A stretch of 64,000 bases of DNA from a virus (taxonomy: Duplodnaviria > Caudoviricetes). Under the pieces are notes generated by a model that did no database searches, had not been told where the DNA came from, and was given only the letters and a program-made list of their open reading frames with translations. The stretch covers positions 1 through 64,000 of the IMG/VR virus record IMGVR_UViG_3300020375_000001. One strand, 5' to 3'. Shown in pieces: positions 46,233-55,922 of this stretch. A program made the position numbers and the translations under genes. Within the stretch, counting starts at the first letter, position 1; the number at the start of each line of letters is the position of its first letter.

Positions 46233-46313
46233 AAAAAAAGAAGGGGCACTAGGCCCCTTCTGATATCCACATTTGGACAGTCTTCGTAGGTTCCAGAGAG
46301 AAACACACCCTAC
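46233..46313 (-). ncRNA. Candidate ~80-nt sRNA
   Basis: TAGTATG start as at MCP, GTAGG/CCTAC stem, GAAGGGGC-ctagt-GCCCCTTC + U7. Confidence 0.4.
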
Positions 46314-46338
46314 ATACTATTGCCTAAAAAACAGGCAA

Positions 46339-46764
46339 TTAACATGGGTCAATTTCAAACACCGTTACTGAAGTGATGTAGTTCAACCGGTTTATGGAAC
46401 TATAGGTGAATGACTCTTTGGCGCTACTAGGCAAGGCAAGCGCCTTAGTATTGAAGATGTCCCTGCACTGACTATATTTCTCAATGTTACGCATGGTGGT
46501 AACTAAGATATGATAATCACCCGTATCAACTTTTAGCTCAACAACCCGCTTATTGGGTTCCTGAATTCTGCTTAGTATAATGGGCTCGAGTTCTGTCTTC
46601 ACTACCCGCTCAAGAATATCGTAGTCAATACCCTTAGCCTTACCATCTTCCCACTTGACAAAATCGGGCCACTTCTCTTTAAACTCAAGTGTTTCCACCG
46701 GGGCAAACTCGTGAGAGATAGAACCATCTGGTTTAGATACGTTAACAACTTTGATACTGTACAT
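46339..46764 (-). CDS. Hypothetical early protein
   Basis: 141 aa; AAAGGAAGG SD; AGACACATATTAT promoter upstream. Confidence 0.7.
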   Translation of the reverse strand: MYSIKVVNVSKPDGSISHEFAPVETLEFKEKWPDFVKWEDGKAKGIDYDILERVVKTELEPIILSRIQEPNKRVVELKVDTGDYHILVTTMRNIEKYSQCRDIFNTKALALPSSAKESFTYSSINRLNYITSVTVFEIDPC

Positions 46765-46857
46765 GTTACCTTCCTTTCATTTAGTAATTGTTTAAATGCA
46801 CTCTCGCATCAAAATAATATGTGTCTGTTTAATATTTGGCTTTAAGAGAAATTAATA

Positions 46858-47019
46858 ATGTTTAAGAAATTCCTGCTTCACGCTTTCCGTACCGTAGCCC
46901 TCTCCACCGTTGCCATTGCCGTGGCAATGTTAATCAACGCATACATTGTTGACGAACGCGTTAAAGGTGACATGATTGATACGTGGTCGGATGGTAAGAC
47001 GCATGTAAGATATGCATAG
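46858..47019 (+). CDS. 53-aa single-TM protein below the track cut-off
   Basis: MFKKFLLHAFRTVALSTVAIAVAMLINAYIVDERVKGDMIDTWSDGKTHVRYA; stop abuts a bidirectional terminator. Confidence 0.55.
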   Translation: MFKKFLLHAFRTVALSTVAIAVAMLINAYIVDERVKGDMIDTWSDGKTHVRYA

Positions 47020-47020
47020 A

Positions 47021-47062
47021 CGACATAAGGGAGGAGCTTTCGCCCCTCCCTCGTTTATGCCG
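47021..47062. terminator. Bidirectional hairpin with TTATGYCG on both strands
   Basis: CGACATAA-GGGAGGAGC tttc GCCCCTCCC-TCGT-TTATGCCG. Confidence 0.7.
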
Positions 47063-47063
47063 C

Positions 47064-47759
47064 TTACTTATAGAAAGCGCGGATTTTCTGCTCAACGTCA
47101 GCAGTGAAGTTCTTAGAGAACGCACTGAAGTCGATTGCTTTAAGAGCAGAGGCACGGTTCTGCGGGTCAGCGGTTGAAGTCATCAAAACCACGATGTTTT
47201 CAAAACGCTGGCGAGCAGCAGGTGGAATACGCATTTCGTTCATGCCACGGAAAACCATGTTGTCAGTGAACGTACCAGAGTACTCGTTCATGATTTCCAG
47301 GGCTTGACCGTAAGCTTCAACAAACGCAGCGCCTTCCAAGTTGTTCAGGATGGCCATGATTGCCTGATAGAACTGCATCTGACTACGCAGGATTGTCGGG
47401 CGGTCATTTGGCGTGTTGGGAGCCATGCGCTTCGCATACTCAAGGATGGTTACACAGTTCAGGTTCATTACTTTACCTTCTTCTGTTTCAACCACAGCCG
47501 CATCACCTTCGTCAGCTTTACCGGCACCAGGCTGTTCAACAACAGTGTTCTCTTCAACGGCACTACCGGCAGCCAAGTCATCGTCTGATGGCGTGGTTTC
47601 AGCAGTTTGCGTTTCAGTGGTTTCTACTGTAGCTTCAACGGTTTGTTCTTCAGTAGACTGAACTTCAGTCTGTTGGGTTTCTTCAACCGCTTGAGTTTCA
47701 GTAGTCTGTGTCTCAGTCGGTTGTGGGTTACGACGTTTTCCCATTTCTGGATTCTCCAA
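47064..47759 (-). CDS. Protein with acidic T/E/Q-rich disordered N-terminus
   Basis: TETQTTETQAVEETQQTEVQSTEE...; strong codon bias. Confidence 0.75.
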   Translation of the reverse strand: MENPEMGKRRNPQPTETQTTETQAVEETQQTEVQSTEEQTVEATVETTETQTAETTPSDDDLAAGSAVEENTVVEQPGAGKADEGDAAVVETEEGKVMNLNCVTILEYAKRMAPNTPNDRPTILRSQMQFYQAIMAILNNLEGAAFVEAYGQALEIMNEYSGTFTDNMVFRGMNEMRIPPAARQRFENIVVLMTSTADPQNRASALKAIDFSAFSKNFTADVEQKIRAFYK

Positions 47760-47761
47760 AA

Positions 47762-48148
47762 TTAAGGTTTGTGTTCGTCAAGCTCATCCATGGCGTTTTC
47801 AATAGAGGCACTTCTTTCTTTCGCAATCTCAAGGGCAACAGTCATAATGTGTTCACCAATGTCACGAGGAAGCTCTAAAAAATCCGTCAAAGACAAACCA
47901 AACGTTTTAGCGATGTTACGCTTACCAAACTTGCGTATGGCATCATACAGTAAGCTATTAGCATTAGTCTCTTCTGCAGGATTCATCTTCACGTAGTCTA
48001 AACCAGTTACACTACCTTCGTAATCCCTGATGCCGTAATCAGTATCGTAAGCTTCGACTTGCAAGATTTTTGCGAGCGGAGTGGATATCTTCTCTTGCGT
48101 CTCAAAGAGGGAGGCGAGCTCTCGCCCGTACTCCTTCTTATCATCCAA
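47762..48148 (-). CDS. Small conserved protein, possibly T4 gp51-like hub assembly factor
   Basis: FGLSLTDFLELPRDIGEHIM pattern. Confidence 0.4.
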   Translation of the reverse strand: MDDKKEYGRELASLFETQEKISTPLAKILQVEAYDTDYGIRDYEGSVTGLDYVKMNPAEETNANSLLYDAIRKFGKRNIAKTFGLSLTDFLELPRDIGEHIMTVALEIAKERSASIENAMDELDEHKP

Positions 48149-48165
48149 TCCAAAACGACCGTCTA

Positions 48166-49620
48166 CTACAGGGGTCGTGTTACTGTCGCTTGGATTCTCT
48201 GCCCGCAGAGGGTAAAAAAAGTGGTTGTCATGTCAAGAGGAATAAACTCAGGGACAGCCTCACTTCTAACTATTTCATCCGGCTCGCCATCTTTACCTTC
48301 TTTCACTGAGTCACCGTAGCGCAAACCACACGCTGGGCATTCAGTGTTAGGGTAACCAATGATAGCAATGGTGGTGTCTTCAATGTATTCACCGATACTG
48401 TTCATGATAGAAGTACGAATAGTATCATCGGTGGAAAACTCAGAACACACTGTGTCAATGGTATCACGGTCTTCAATGATGTCCTGCTCATCACCGTCAG
48501 TAATGTACAGTTTACCAATCCAGTGTGAGTATTGACGCAATGTAGCGAGACGACCCTGGTCGGTGATGTACTGGTCACGCTCACTACCTTTTAAAGGAAT
48601 GCGGAACGCTTTGTCTACCATGTTAACAGTAGAGTCAACCCAGTTAAATCCAACCTGTTCATACTCAGCAATGCTCGGTACCGACATGTCCATGGTAAAG
48701 CCTTCGGCTCCTTTGATGGGGACATTGCGAGTTTGAAAGTCAAACTCTTCCTGATACGCTTTTAGCTCATCAGCCGTATGTGCACCATTGCGCTTGGACA
48801 TGTGCTTCATTTGCTTTTCACTTAGCTTGGACGTATCGATGACACGTAAGCGAGCAATATTGACACGACCTTCAGACACGTGATTACACTTGGTGATTTG
48901 TGCCACACAAGGTTCACGTAAATCGTAACCGTCAGGATACATTGCACAGACCATACCCCACACCATACTTGGTAGGTCGGTAGTCAGGATAATCTTCTTC
49001 AGTTCTTCAGGGTCTTTCGTCCCAAAGGTAGTATCGTACACATGAGCCAGAACAAAGTTCATCAGATAGCTCTGAATGTAGATAGTGGTATTTGAGAAAA
49101 CCATGCCGTTAGTGATACGGCCCAGGGTGATTTTCTCAGCAGCGATACGGCGATTCAGTTCAAGGATAGCAGCATTGCTTGGAGCCTTGATGGTAATCCA
49201 GCCACCGGTATGCCAAAGAGGGATAGGTACAATTGAACCTAAGCCCAGACGAGCTTTAACCTTGAGTACCGCAGCTTCGCCGCTAGTAACGCCACTGGAG
49301 TCACCATGACGTAAACGGTTGGGGGTGATAGGTTTACCATCATAGACCGGACGGTTGCTCCAATCTGCCTCAGGGTCACCTAGGCGACGACGGAAGATAT
49401 CGCCATTGGCAATATGCTCAATTCCATCGCTGATGGCCTGTAACCAGATAGCCGAGTTACTGTTACCACTTTGGATGTTTGGAAGTTTTTGGATGTCCTT
49501 TTGGAAATCCACCGCACTAACATTCAACAAGCTCAAAGCCTCTACATTTTTAGTAGCGGCTCCTTCGGGCTTGGGATGCAGTGTCTTTATCGGCGAGTTA
49601 CTATCGATATTTACTGCCAT
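48166..49620 (-). CDS. Conserved protein, possibly T4 gp26-like baseplate hub chaperone
   Basis: PCVAQITKCNH and ECPACG cysteine pairs. Confidence 0.45.
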   Translation of the reverse strand: MAVNIDSNSPIKTLHPKPEGAATKNVEALSLLNVSAVDFQKDIQKLPNIQSGNSNSAIWLQAISDGIEHIANGDIFRRRLGDPEADWSNRPVYDGKPITPNRLRHGDSSGVTSGEAAVLKVKARLGLGSIVPIPLWHTGGWITIKAPSNAAILELNRRIAAEKITLGRITNGMVFSNTTIYIQSYLMNFVLAHVYDTTFGTKDPEELKKIILTTDLPSMVWGMVCAMYPDGYDLREPCVAQITKCNHVSEGRVNIARLRVIDTSKLSEKQMKHMSKRNGAHTADELKAYQEEFDFQTRNVPIKGAEGFTMDMSVPSIAEYEQVGFNWVDSTVNMVDKAFRIPLKGSERDQYITDQGRLATLRQYSHWIGKLYITDGDEQDIIEDRDTIDTVCSEFSTDDTIRTSIMNSIGEYIEDTTIAIIGYPNTECPACGLRYGDSVKEGKDGEPDEIVRSEAVPEFIPLDMTTTFFTLCGQRIQATVTRPL

Positions 49621-49626
49621 TGTCTA

Positions 49627-50073
49627 CTAATCTCCTGTGCCGCCACACAACTCAGTGATTTCTTCCAGGGTCGGGGCGGTAAGATTGATGAAACGGTCTT
49701 GCCAGTTTTGATAGCGCTGACCAACTTTTACGGTGATGTCCATTACGGTAAGCTCATCCGTGGTGTGTGTAATCTCACGGATGTTTGCATCGCAGGACGC
49801 TACCAGATTATCCAGCTCAATTTTAAGAACCTTTAAATCGTTAGCTAAGGTATTAGCCAGGGCACCTACCTTTGCCTCATCCAGTTGGACGTCTGGATTA
49901 TCTTTAGCTGCTTTAATAAGCACACTAATGTTGGCAGAACTGGCAATTAACTGTAAACAAGCAGCACGAATACCCGCTGCTTCATTAAGGAACTGGTCAC
50001 GACGAGATACACCCGGTGCTATACCTTGCGTCGCTTTTTTACCGTTCTTTCTTTTATTGTTGGATTCGGGCAT
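49627..50073 (-). CDS. Hypothetical helical protein
   Basis: 148 aa; AGGAG SD. Confidence 0.7.
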   Translation of the reverse strand: MPESNNKRKNGKKATQGIAPGVSRRDQFLNEAAGIRAACLQLIASSANISVLIKAAKDNPDVQLDEAKVGALANTLANDLKVLKIELDNLVASCDANIREITHTTDELTVMDITVKVGQRYQNWQDRFINLTAPTLEEITELCGGTGD

Positions 50074-50124
50074 CTATTGCTCCTTTACTATGAATTCAAT
50101 GAAATTAGTTCTCCACATAACTAA

Positions 50125-51015
50125 ATGTGTGTGAGTAAAAAATACCCTAGAGAGGAATTAGTCATGCTTTTAGGCGAGTTGCTTAGAAATAATAACGACC
50201 CAGAAAGGGTCGAAACTACCCGTAAAACTCTCGAACTTTTCATGCGTTTGGATTTTCTTCAGGCTGAAGAAGATTTGGATAAAGTCATTGACGACTTTGG
50301 TAGCAGTTCAGACATCCCTAGCCTACTGGCAGAAGTTAATGCTCGTATGGTAGAGCACCTTGTGTTCATTCTAACCGAGTATGGCATAGTACTTAATCCG
50401 GACCACAACCCGTCACTAACCGAACTATATACATTAGTCAACGGAATTGAAGATTTAACCCATTACGAACAACCCGAAGAGTTGCTGGATGCGTTAGAAA
50501 TTCACGAGGACAGTGTTGAGCGGCTGGTGGAAGCATTATCTTTAGTAGTTAAGGATATGGAGAGCGGAAACGTTTACGACTTCTACAATGTTGTTGAGAG
50601 CGTCAGTGACCGGTTCTGGACAAACCTAACCCTAGTGCTAGATGGCACCAAGGAAGAAATTGTAGACTTTGACCGCCCCGCTATTGATGAACGTATCCCA
50701 CAGGTACAGGGTTTTGTTTGGGAGTGGATTACCAACTCTCGCAGACAGGGCTACAATCTTGAAGCAGCGTACAACTTCCTGTTTGACGAATTTGTGGAAC
50801 GCTTGGGTGAGAGACCAAGTACGGACCTTATAAAGGAAGTGCTACTGGAACTGAAAACCCTGGTTCGATATTCCAGCCATGAGGATGAGTCCAGTGAGTT
50901 TATCATGAAGCTCTTTGAAGAATTTACTACCGACACGGATGTTATAACTACCGCGTCGTTGGTGGTAGCGTACGTAGAGATGCATTATTACGTCCCACCT
51001 AAAGAAGAAGGATAA
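50125..51015 (+). CDS. Acidic virion-associated protein (gp79-like position)
   Basis: Directly upstream of vRNAP beta'. Confidence 0.6.
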   Translation: MCVSKKYPREELVMLLGELLRNNNDPERVETTRKTLELFMRLDFLQAEEDLDKVIDDFGSSSDIPSLLAEVNARMVEHLVFILTEYGIVLNPDHNPSLTELYTLVNGIEDLTHYEQPEELLDALEIHEDSVERLVEALSLVVKDMESGNVYDFYNVVESVSDRFWTNLTLVLDGTKEEIVDFDRPAIDERIPQVQGFVWEWITNSRRQGYNLEAAYNFLFDEFVERLGERPSTDLIKEVLLELKTLVRYSSHEDESSEFIMKLFEEFTTDTDVITTASLVVAYVEMHYYVPPKEEG

Positions 51016-51020
51016 GGGCA

Positions 51021-52286
51021 ATGAAAAGAAAAGAGTTTCTTGTATTCTTGGCTAAGAACAAACTCTACGCCAAAAAGAAAATGTTAATCTCGACCTTTGC
51101 CATCATTGAACCTGATGAGTACGGGTTACCGAATACGCCTGAAGCACATGTAGGTCAGGTAATCACCAAAGACTCAAAGGTTATGATTCTGGATGAAGAA
51201 TTGCAACCGGTGGTATTGGAAGGATGGGTAAGCGATAAGCCTTACCTCGATATTAATGAAGTGGTTGAATTAGAACCGGGCGATTTACCCAATGTAAAGG
51301 TAAAGACTAAGACCACGTACGGTATTGCGTTGATTAACCTATTAATGCTGTGTCACGCTTTTGAAGATAAAATTGAGTTCATCAATGGAGTAATTGGATA
51401 CGGTACACTGGAATCCAAAATCGTTACTGCCTTGATGGATGAAGTTATCACGGTACAAGAGCTTAGAGCTTTCCTCAAGGCTGCTTCTTGGGCAACTGGT
51501 ATAATGCCACTCTTTATAGCACCTACCTCTCACAAGTCCATACAGGGCTCCCCAGAGGCTAAGGCTTTGCGTAAAAAGTTAATTGAAGAACGTAAAGACC
51601 GACTAGATGACCCAACGGCTCTTGCTGAGATTGATACGGCGCTTGCTAAACTGGATAAAGAATATATTGCTGGCGATGTTACAGAAGTATTCTACAAGTC
51701 CGGTAAAGCACACAACGTTACCCGTAAGCGTATGTACTCTATCTTTGGCGGTGAGAGTGACTTAGAAGACCCATCCAAAATGAATCTGGTGAGCAATTCA
51801 CTGGAAGAAGAATGGGACGTCAGTCAAATGCCTGCTATGGTAAATGCGCTGCGTATGGGTTCGTATAAGCGTGGTGCTGAGACGGCTTTAGGTGGTGCTG
51901 ACTTTAAAGACTTGTCACGAATGTTCCAGAACATCAAAATCTCTGAAAAGGATTGCAAGTCTAAAGTGGGTAAGCGCGTATTGTTCACTGAAGAAAGTTA
52001 CGACCGTCTGGTTGGCCGTACTACTTTAGATGGTAAGAAGATAACGACTGATATGGCTAAGAAGTTTATTGGTACTCGTGTACTGCTTCGTAGTCCTCAG
52101 GGTTGCCAGACTAAAGGCACGCATTTCTGTGAAACTTGCGTGGGTGACTCTGTAGCCATCAACCCTAGTTCAGTTGGTATGCTTGCAGCAAACTTGGGTG
52201 CATCATTCATGGGAATCATGATGTCAGCAATGCACGGTCGTGCACTGACACTGGTTGAAGCGGATTTAAGTGAGATAATGTCATGA
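51021..52286 (+). CDS. rpoC: Virion RNAP beta' middle/C-terminal subunit (phiKZ gp80-like)
   Basis: RSPQGCQTKGTHFCETCVG zinc site; GMLAANLGASFMGIMMSAMHG trigger-loop-like segment. Confidence 0.85.
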   Translation: MKRKEFLVFLAKNKLYAKKKMLISTFAIIEPDEYGLPNTPEAHVGQVITKDSKVMILDEELQPVVLEGWVSDKPYLDINEVVELEPGDLPNVKVKTKTTYGIALINLLMLCHAFEDKIEFINGVIGYGTLESKIVTALMDEVITVQELRAFLKAASWATGIMPLFIAPTSHKSIQGSPEAKALRKKLIEERKDRLDDPTALAEIDTALAKLDKEYIAGDVTEVFYKSGKAHNVTRKRMYSIFGGESDLEDPSKMNLVSNSLEEEWDVSQMPAMVNALRMGSYKRGAETALGGADFKDLSRMFQNIKISEKDCKSKVGKRVLFTEESYDRLVGRTTLDGKKITTDMAKKFIGTRVLLRSPQGCQTKGTHFCETCVGDSVAINPSSVGMLAANLGASFMGIMMSAMHGRALTLVEADLSEIMS

Positions 52287-52582
52287 CGGATTATTTGGAA
52301 AAAGTAAACAAACACATCATCGATGCCTCTAACAAGGCGCGTAAACATCGTGATGGTAAGGCATGGGACAATGCTAAACGTAAGGCTCGTAAGCGCTACG
52401 TTCCTCGTGGTAAGGTATTTAATAAACTGACGCGTGAAGAACATCAGCGTTGGTGGAAAGAAATCACCGCTGACTTACCAGAGGATATGGTGGGTAAGAT
52501 TAGTCGTAAAAATCCGGCTGAATATTCTGAAGAAAATTATGACGATGGCGTCACAGCAGACGAAGAAAGTCATTACGATTAA
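52283..52582 (+). CDS. Small basic protein
   Basis: 99 aa; ATGA overlap with previous gene. Confidence 0.65.
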   Translation: MTDYLEKVNKHIIDASNKARKHRDGKAWDNAKRKARKRYVPRGKVFNKLTREEHQRWWKEITADLPEDMVGKISRKNPAEYSEENYDDGVTADEESHYD

Positions 52583-52594
52583 AGCAAAAAAATG

Positions 52595-52623
52595 AAGGAG
52601 GGCGAAAGCTCTCCTTTATGACG
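52595..52623 (+). terminator. Hairpin + TTATGACG
   Basis: AAGGAGGGC-gaaa-GCTCTCCTT TATGACG. Confidence 0.65.
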
Positions 52624-52681
52624 TATTTTTATGATAGCCCCTATCCGGTTATTGTCCTTAGCGAATTAACGGAGTTAAATA

Positions 52682-53089
52682 ATGGACATCGAAATAGCGT
52701 TACGGATGGCCTATCGTGCAGGGTTGGAGAATAGTAATAATAAGATAGCTCATGACGAAGATGTTGTAGTTTCCGGTATTATCAACGGAGTAACTCTTCG
52801 CCGCTTTGCCGTGGATGATTGGACATTCGATGTAAAAATGGTAAGAGCGTTAAAGGTGGAGCAGTACGGTATGCCGTATCTAGCCGCCGCCAATATAACT
52901 CTTAATGGAGTAGATGCCTATGTTGATACCATGGTTGGTAGAGACATTACGCAGATTAAGAAAAAAGACGTGAGGTCGATTGCAATTGCTTCACATAAGT
53001 TGGGGGCAGAGGTGTTGGAGTACGACCGTATTAATGCGGGCGGTGTTCGAAGAGAACGTATCCCTCTGAATTTCAGCCAAAAAAAATAA
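52682..53089 (+). CDS. Hypothetical protein
   Basis: 135 aa; GGAG SD. Confidence 0.7.
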   Translation: MDIEIALRMAYRAGLENSNNKIAHDEDVVVSGIINGVTLRRFAVDDWTFDVKMVRALKVEQYGMPYLAAANITLNGVDAYVDTMVGRDITQIKKKDVRSIAIASHKLGAEVLEYDRINAGGVRRERIPLNFSQKK

Positions 53090-53135
53090 GAATAAAGCTG
53101 GGGCCGAAACGCCCCACTTTATGTCGTCTAGAGAA

Positions 53136-53462
53136 TCAATCGTCTATGTATAGTACCCAGCGAATGTGGGTACGTTCTTTCTGCGTCAAGTCTTCACCTT
53201 TTGCAAGTAACTCTTCACCGTATTCAAGCAAGGCTTCCTTAGATAATGCTTTAGGTCGATGGTCACTTGGAATTATTATCATTCCACGACGTGTCCATAA
53301 CTCATTCCCGTAAGTAACAAAAGGTGTACGTCGGTTACCTAACGACCACGCTACCTCGTCGGTCATGCGAAGTGCTTTTAGAATATCTTCCGACCTGGTT
53401 CTCACCGCAAGCTCTATGATATTAACCATAGCCTGCCCCGTTAACATTGGATGCTTGTCCAT
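53136..53462 (-). CDS. Hypothetical protein (start re-called at 53462)
   Basis: GAGGG SD before MDKHPML. Confidence 0.65.
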   Translation of the reverse strand: MDKHPMLTGQAMVNIIELAVRTRSEDILKALRMTDEVAWSLGNRRTPFVTYGNELWTRRGMIIIPSDHRPKALSKEALLEYGEELLAKGEDLTQKERTHIRWVLYIDD

Positions 53463-53519
53463 ATTTTCAGATTCCCTCAAAAAAAGAAAGGGGATGAACT
53501 CCCCTAACTTATTACTTAC

Positions 53520-54635
53520 TTAGTCACGTATCCACCAGACCATCTCACGCAACAGCTTACCGTTGAAGCTGAAGTCAAGGTCATTGTGACCGGCAATGCG
53601 CATATGTTGTTGATGCGTGGCAACTTCATAGTTATTGCGGCTATGGATACCATCCTGCAGAATGTCGTAAGGAATGACCAGGTCGTTACCGTCTACACCG
53701 AAGTGTTTATGGATACGATAGGCTAAGCCAACACCCTCTACTTTCTCAGGCGAGCAGACTTCACCGGTATAGCAGTTACCAATCATACCACTTCCAACGT
53801 AAACCAGACCATAGTGGTTGATTAGACGAAGGATGGAGTTTGGATAGAACACACTAGTACCTTCTTCCAGTTCAACCTTAGGCTCAGTCTTTGCAGACAG
53901 GGCATTGGTCTTTTCAGCGGTTTGCTGTGTCAGGACAGCAGTGCGCGCAAATGATTCAGGAGAAGGATTCTTTGCGCCTTCAATTACTGGAGTGTCTTCC
54001 AACACCTCAGGGATGTCATTGCTTTCGGTCATGCAGACACTGGCAATTGTGTGTGCGACATTGACGTCCACTGAATCAATTGGTTGCTCACCAAAACGAG
54101 CCAGTGCCAACGCAGCAAATTTACCTAACACATCCGCTTGGCGTTTCACGCGAAACTCTTCCACGGTCTCAGACCCTTCGGCGCTGGTAGTTACAGTAAC
54201 ATAGTAGTTACTTGCGCGGTAATGTATTGCCATTTCACCGCCTGGTACCGCTACCGGCATTTCTAACATCCCGCCTTTAGTCCAAAGCTGTGTTTTATCA
54301 TGTAACGTCATCACGGTACGATTGTGATTCAGTCGGGTCACCGCTTCTTTGGGGATTTGAAATGCTTCCATGATGTCTTCGTCACCCGCCATTGCTTTCT
54401 GCATGATAAGTGGTAACACAACTTTGGCAAGGTTGTCCTTAACGTTCGGGATTGTCTCACCGTCCGGAATAGTAGTCACATATGCTTTCTCGTAACGGTT
54501 TGTAAGTTCAGGCATAGAACTCAATGCACCGAGCACTGCGCCTTTATCATTTTCATCAACCGCAGAGGTAGCGAAAACACATACGCTGTTGGACACATTA
54601 GCAAATACCAGATTACTTAAAATATGTTGCTTCAT
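53520..54635 (-). CDS. Hypothetical early protein
   Basis: 371 aa; AAAAGGAAG RBS; AGACATATATAAT promoter upstream; poly-U terminator. Confidence 0.75.
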   Translation of the reverse strand: MKQHILSNLVFANVSNSVCVFATSAVDENDKGAVLGALSSMPELTNRYEKAYVTTIPDGETIPNVKDNLAKVVLPLIMQKAMAGDEDIMEAFQIPKEAVTRLNHNRTVMTLHDKTQLWTKGGMLEMPVAVPGGEMAIHYRASNYYVTVTTSAEGSETVEEFRVKRQADVLGKFAALALARFGEQPIDSVDVNVAHTIASVCMTESNDIPEVLEDTPVIEGAKNPSPESFARTAVLTQQTAEKTNALSAKTEPKVELEEGTSVFYPNSILRLINHYGLVYVGSGMIGNCYTGEVCSPEKVEGVGLAYRIHKHFGVDGNDLVIPYDILQDGIHSRNNYEVATHQQHMRIAGHNDLDFSFNGKLLREMVWWIRD

Positions 54636-54765
54636 TACTATCTTCCTTTTACTTGTAGTTTAAAGTGGTACTTATAGGTACCCGTTCATTTGTATTATAT
54701 ATGTCTAGGTTTTTTTATGTTAAGAGAAAAAATAAGAGGGGCTTGATAGCCCCTTTATTTACCAT

Positions 54766-55851
54766 TTACTTTTGCTCCAGCAATCCCAATCTTTCCACCA
54801 GCGATATGATGTACGATTGTGCGTCATTCGTTTCTAACCGACTGATAAGGTCGAACAGGAATCGCGATGCAAAATCTGACAGCCGCGTACATTCCGCCGT
54901 TGTAATATCATATTCACCCGGTTTAGAAAATAGAAGTATTGAGCGGTCCTTTTGAATTTCAATCAGACGCTTCAATAACATTTCTTTTCTTTGCTCAAGT
55001 GGAATACGACCCAGCGTATATGCAATAGCCTTGCCGATAGCAACTCCTTCCATGGTCAGCGACGGATAAGTTTGAACTTGTGGTTCATCCTCTTGCATCT
55101 CCGACTCATCGAATAGAATCTCTTTACGTAATTTGATTTTGGCTATCACCTCAGTCAATGTGCCCATACTTGTATGGCTACGTAGCAGATTCTGTTGCTC
55201 TTCCGACATGTTCTTAATGTGCAACTGCGTTAGCTTGCAAGTCGTATGCAATAACTCTTTCAAAGAATCTTTATCGAAAGTCATTTCCTCTTTATACCAA
55301 GGAACATTTCTTTCGGCCCACCCACGAAGAGTAGACTCTAATTCTTCTTCATCAATTACCGCATCGTCACTAACGCCAGTTAATAGCATCAGTGAACCGA
55401 CATCCCTAACTTCCCTTTCGCGAAGCTGTAATGCATTAAGTTCTTTAGAATTAAACTCAACAATTAAGCCTTTACCCAAGGCGTTAAGAATATCTTTCGA
55501 AGTGCGTCCTGTTTCAGCCTTAAGGTTTAATACATTAAGGACTGCCCCAAGTTGCTTACGCTCTATAACTTCATCGATTAACCGTAGAAGTGCGTCCTCT
55601 TCCAAGTGCCTTGCTTCAGACACTAATCCGCGAACTACAAATACAGCTACCGACGTATCATTACTACCAAGTAGTTCCCTAATAGTAGCTAGATAGTTAC
55701 AGGTTTGTTGTACCCAACGCTCAGTCACTTGCGGTTCCATTTTATACCGTGACCAAGTTGTTAATAGAATTGCTGCCAATTCATTTTCTTTAATGGATGA
55801 GTGTTCAACGATAGGTATCTTTCTAATTAAGCCAGTTTCAACTGTAAACAT
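54766..55851 (-). CDS. Hypothetical helical protein (start re-called at 55851)
   Basis: AGGAG SD; poly-U terminator at 54727-54760. Confidence 0.7.
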   Translation of the reverse strand: MFTVETGLIRKIPIVEHSSIKENELAAILLTTWSRYKMEPQVTERWVQQTCNYLATIRELLGSNDTSVAVFVVRGLVSEARHLEEDALLRLIDEVIERKQLGAVLNVLNLKAETGRTSKDILNALGKGLIVEFNSKELNALQLREREVRDVGSLMLLTGVSDDAVIDEEELESTLRGWAERNVPWYKEEMTFDKDSLKELLHTTCKLTQLHIKNMSEEQQNLLRSHTSMGTLTEVIAKIKLRKEILFDESEMQEDEPQVQTYPSLTMEGVAIGKAIAYTLGRIPLEQRKEMLLKRLIEIQKDRSILLFSKPGEYDITTAECTRLSDFASRFLFDLISRLETNDAQSYIISLVERLGLLEQK

Positions 55852-55922
55852 TGTAAATCTCCTGAATGGGGGATAAGACAACGAGTTGCTAGTTGATGAC
55901 TCCGTTGGTTTTACGGTACTAC

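Noticed and set aside
55133-55696. 187-aa plus ORF
   Set aside because: Ser/Leu-rich antisense shadow
53520-55881. Two adjacent ORFs of exactly 371 aa in the track, suggesting duplication
   Set aside because: No visible sequence similarity; the second start is re-called, so the match is coincidental
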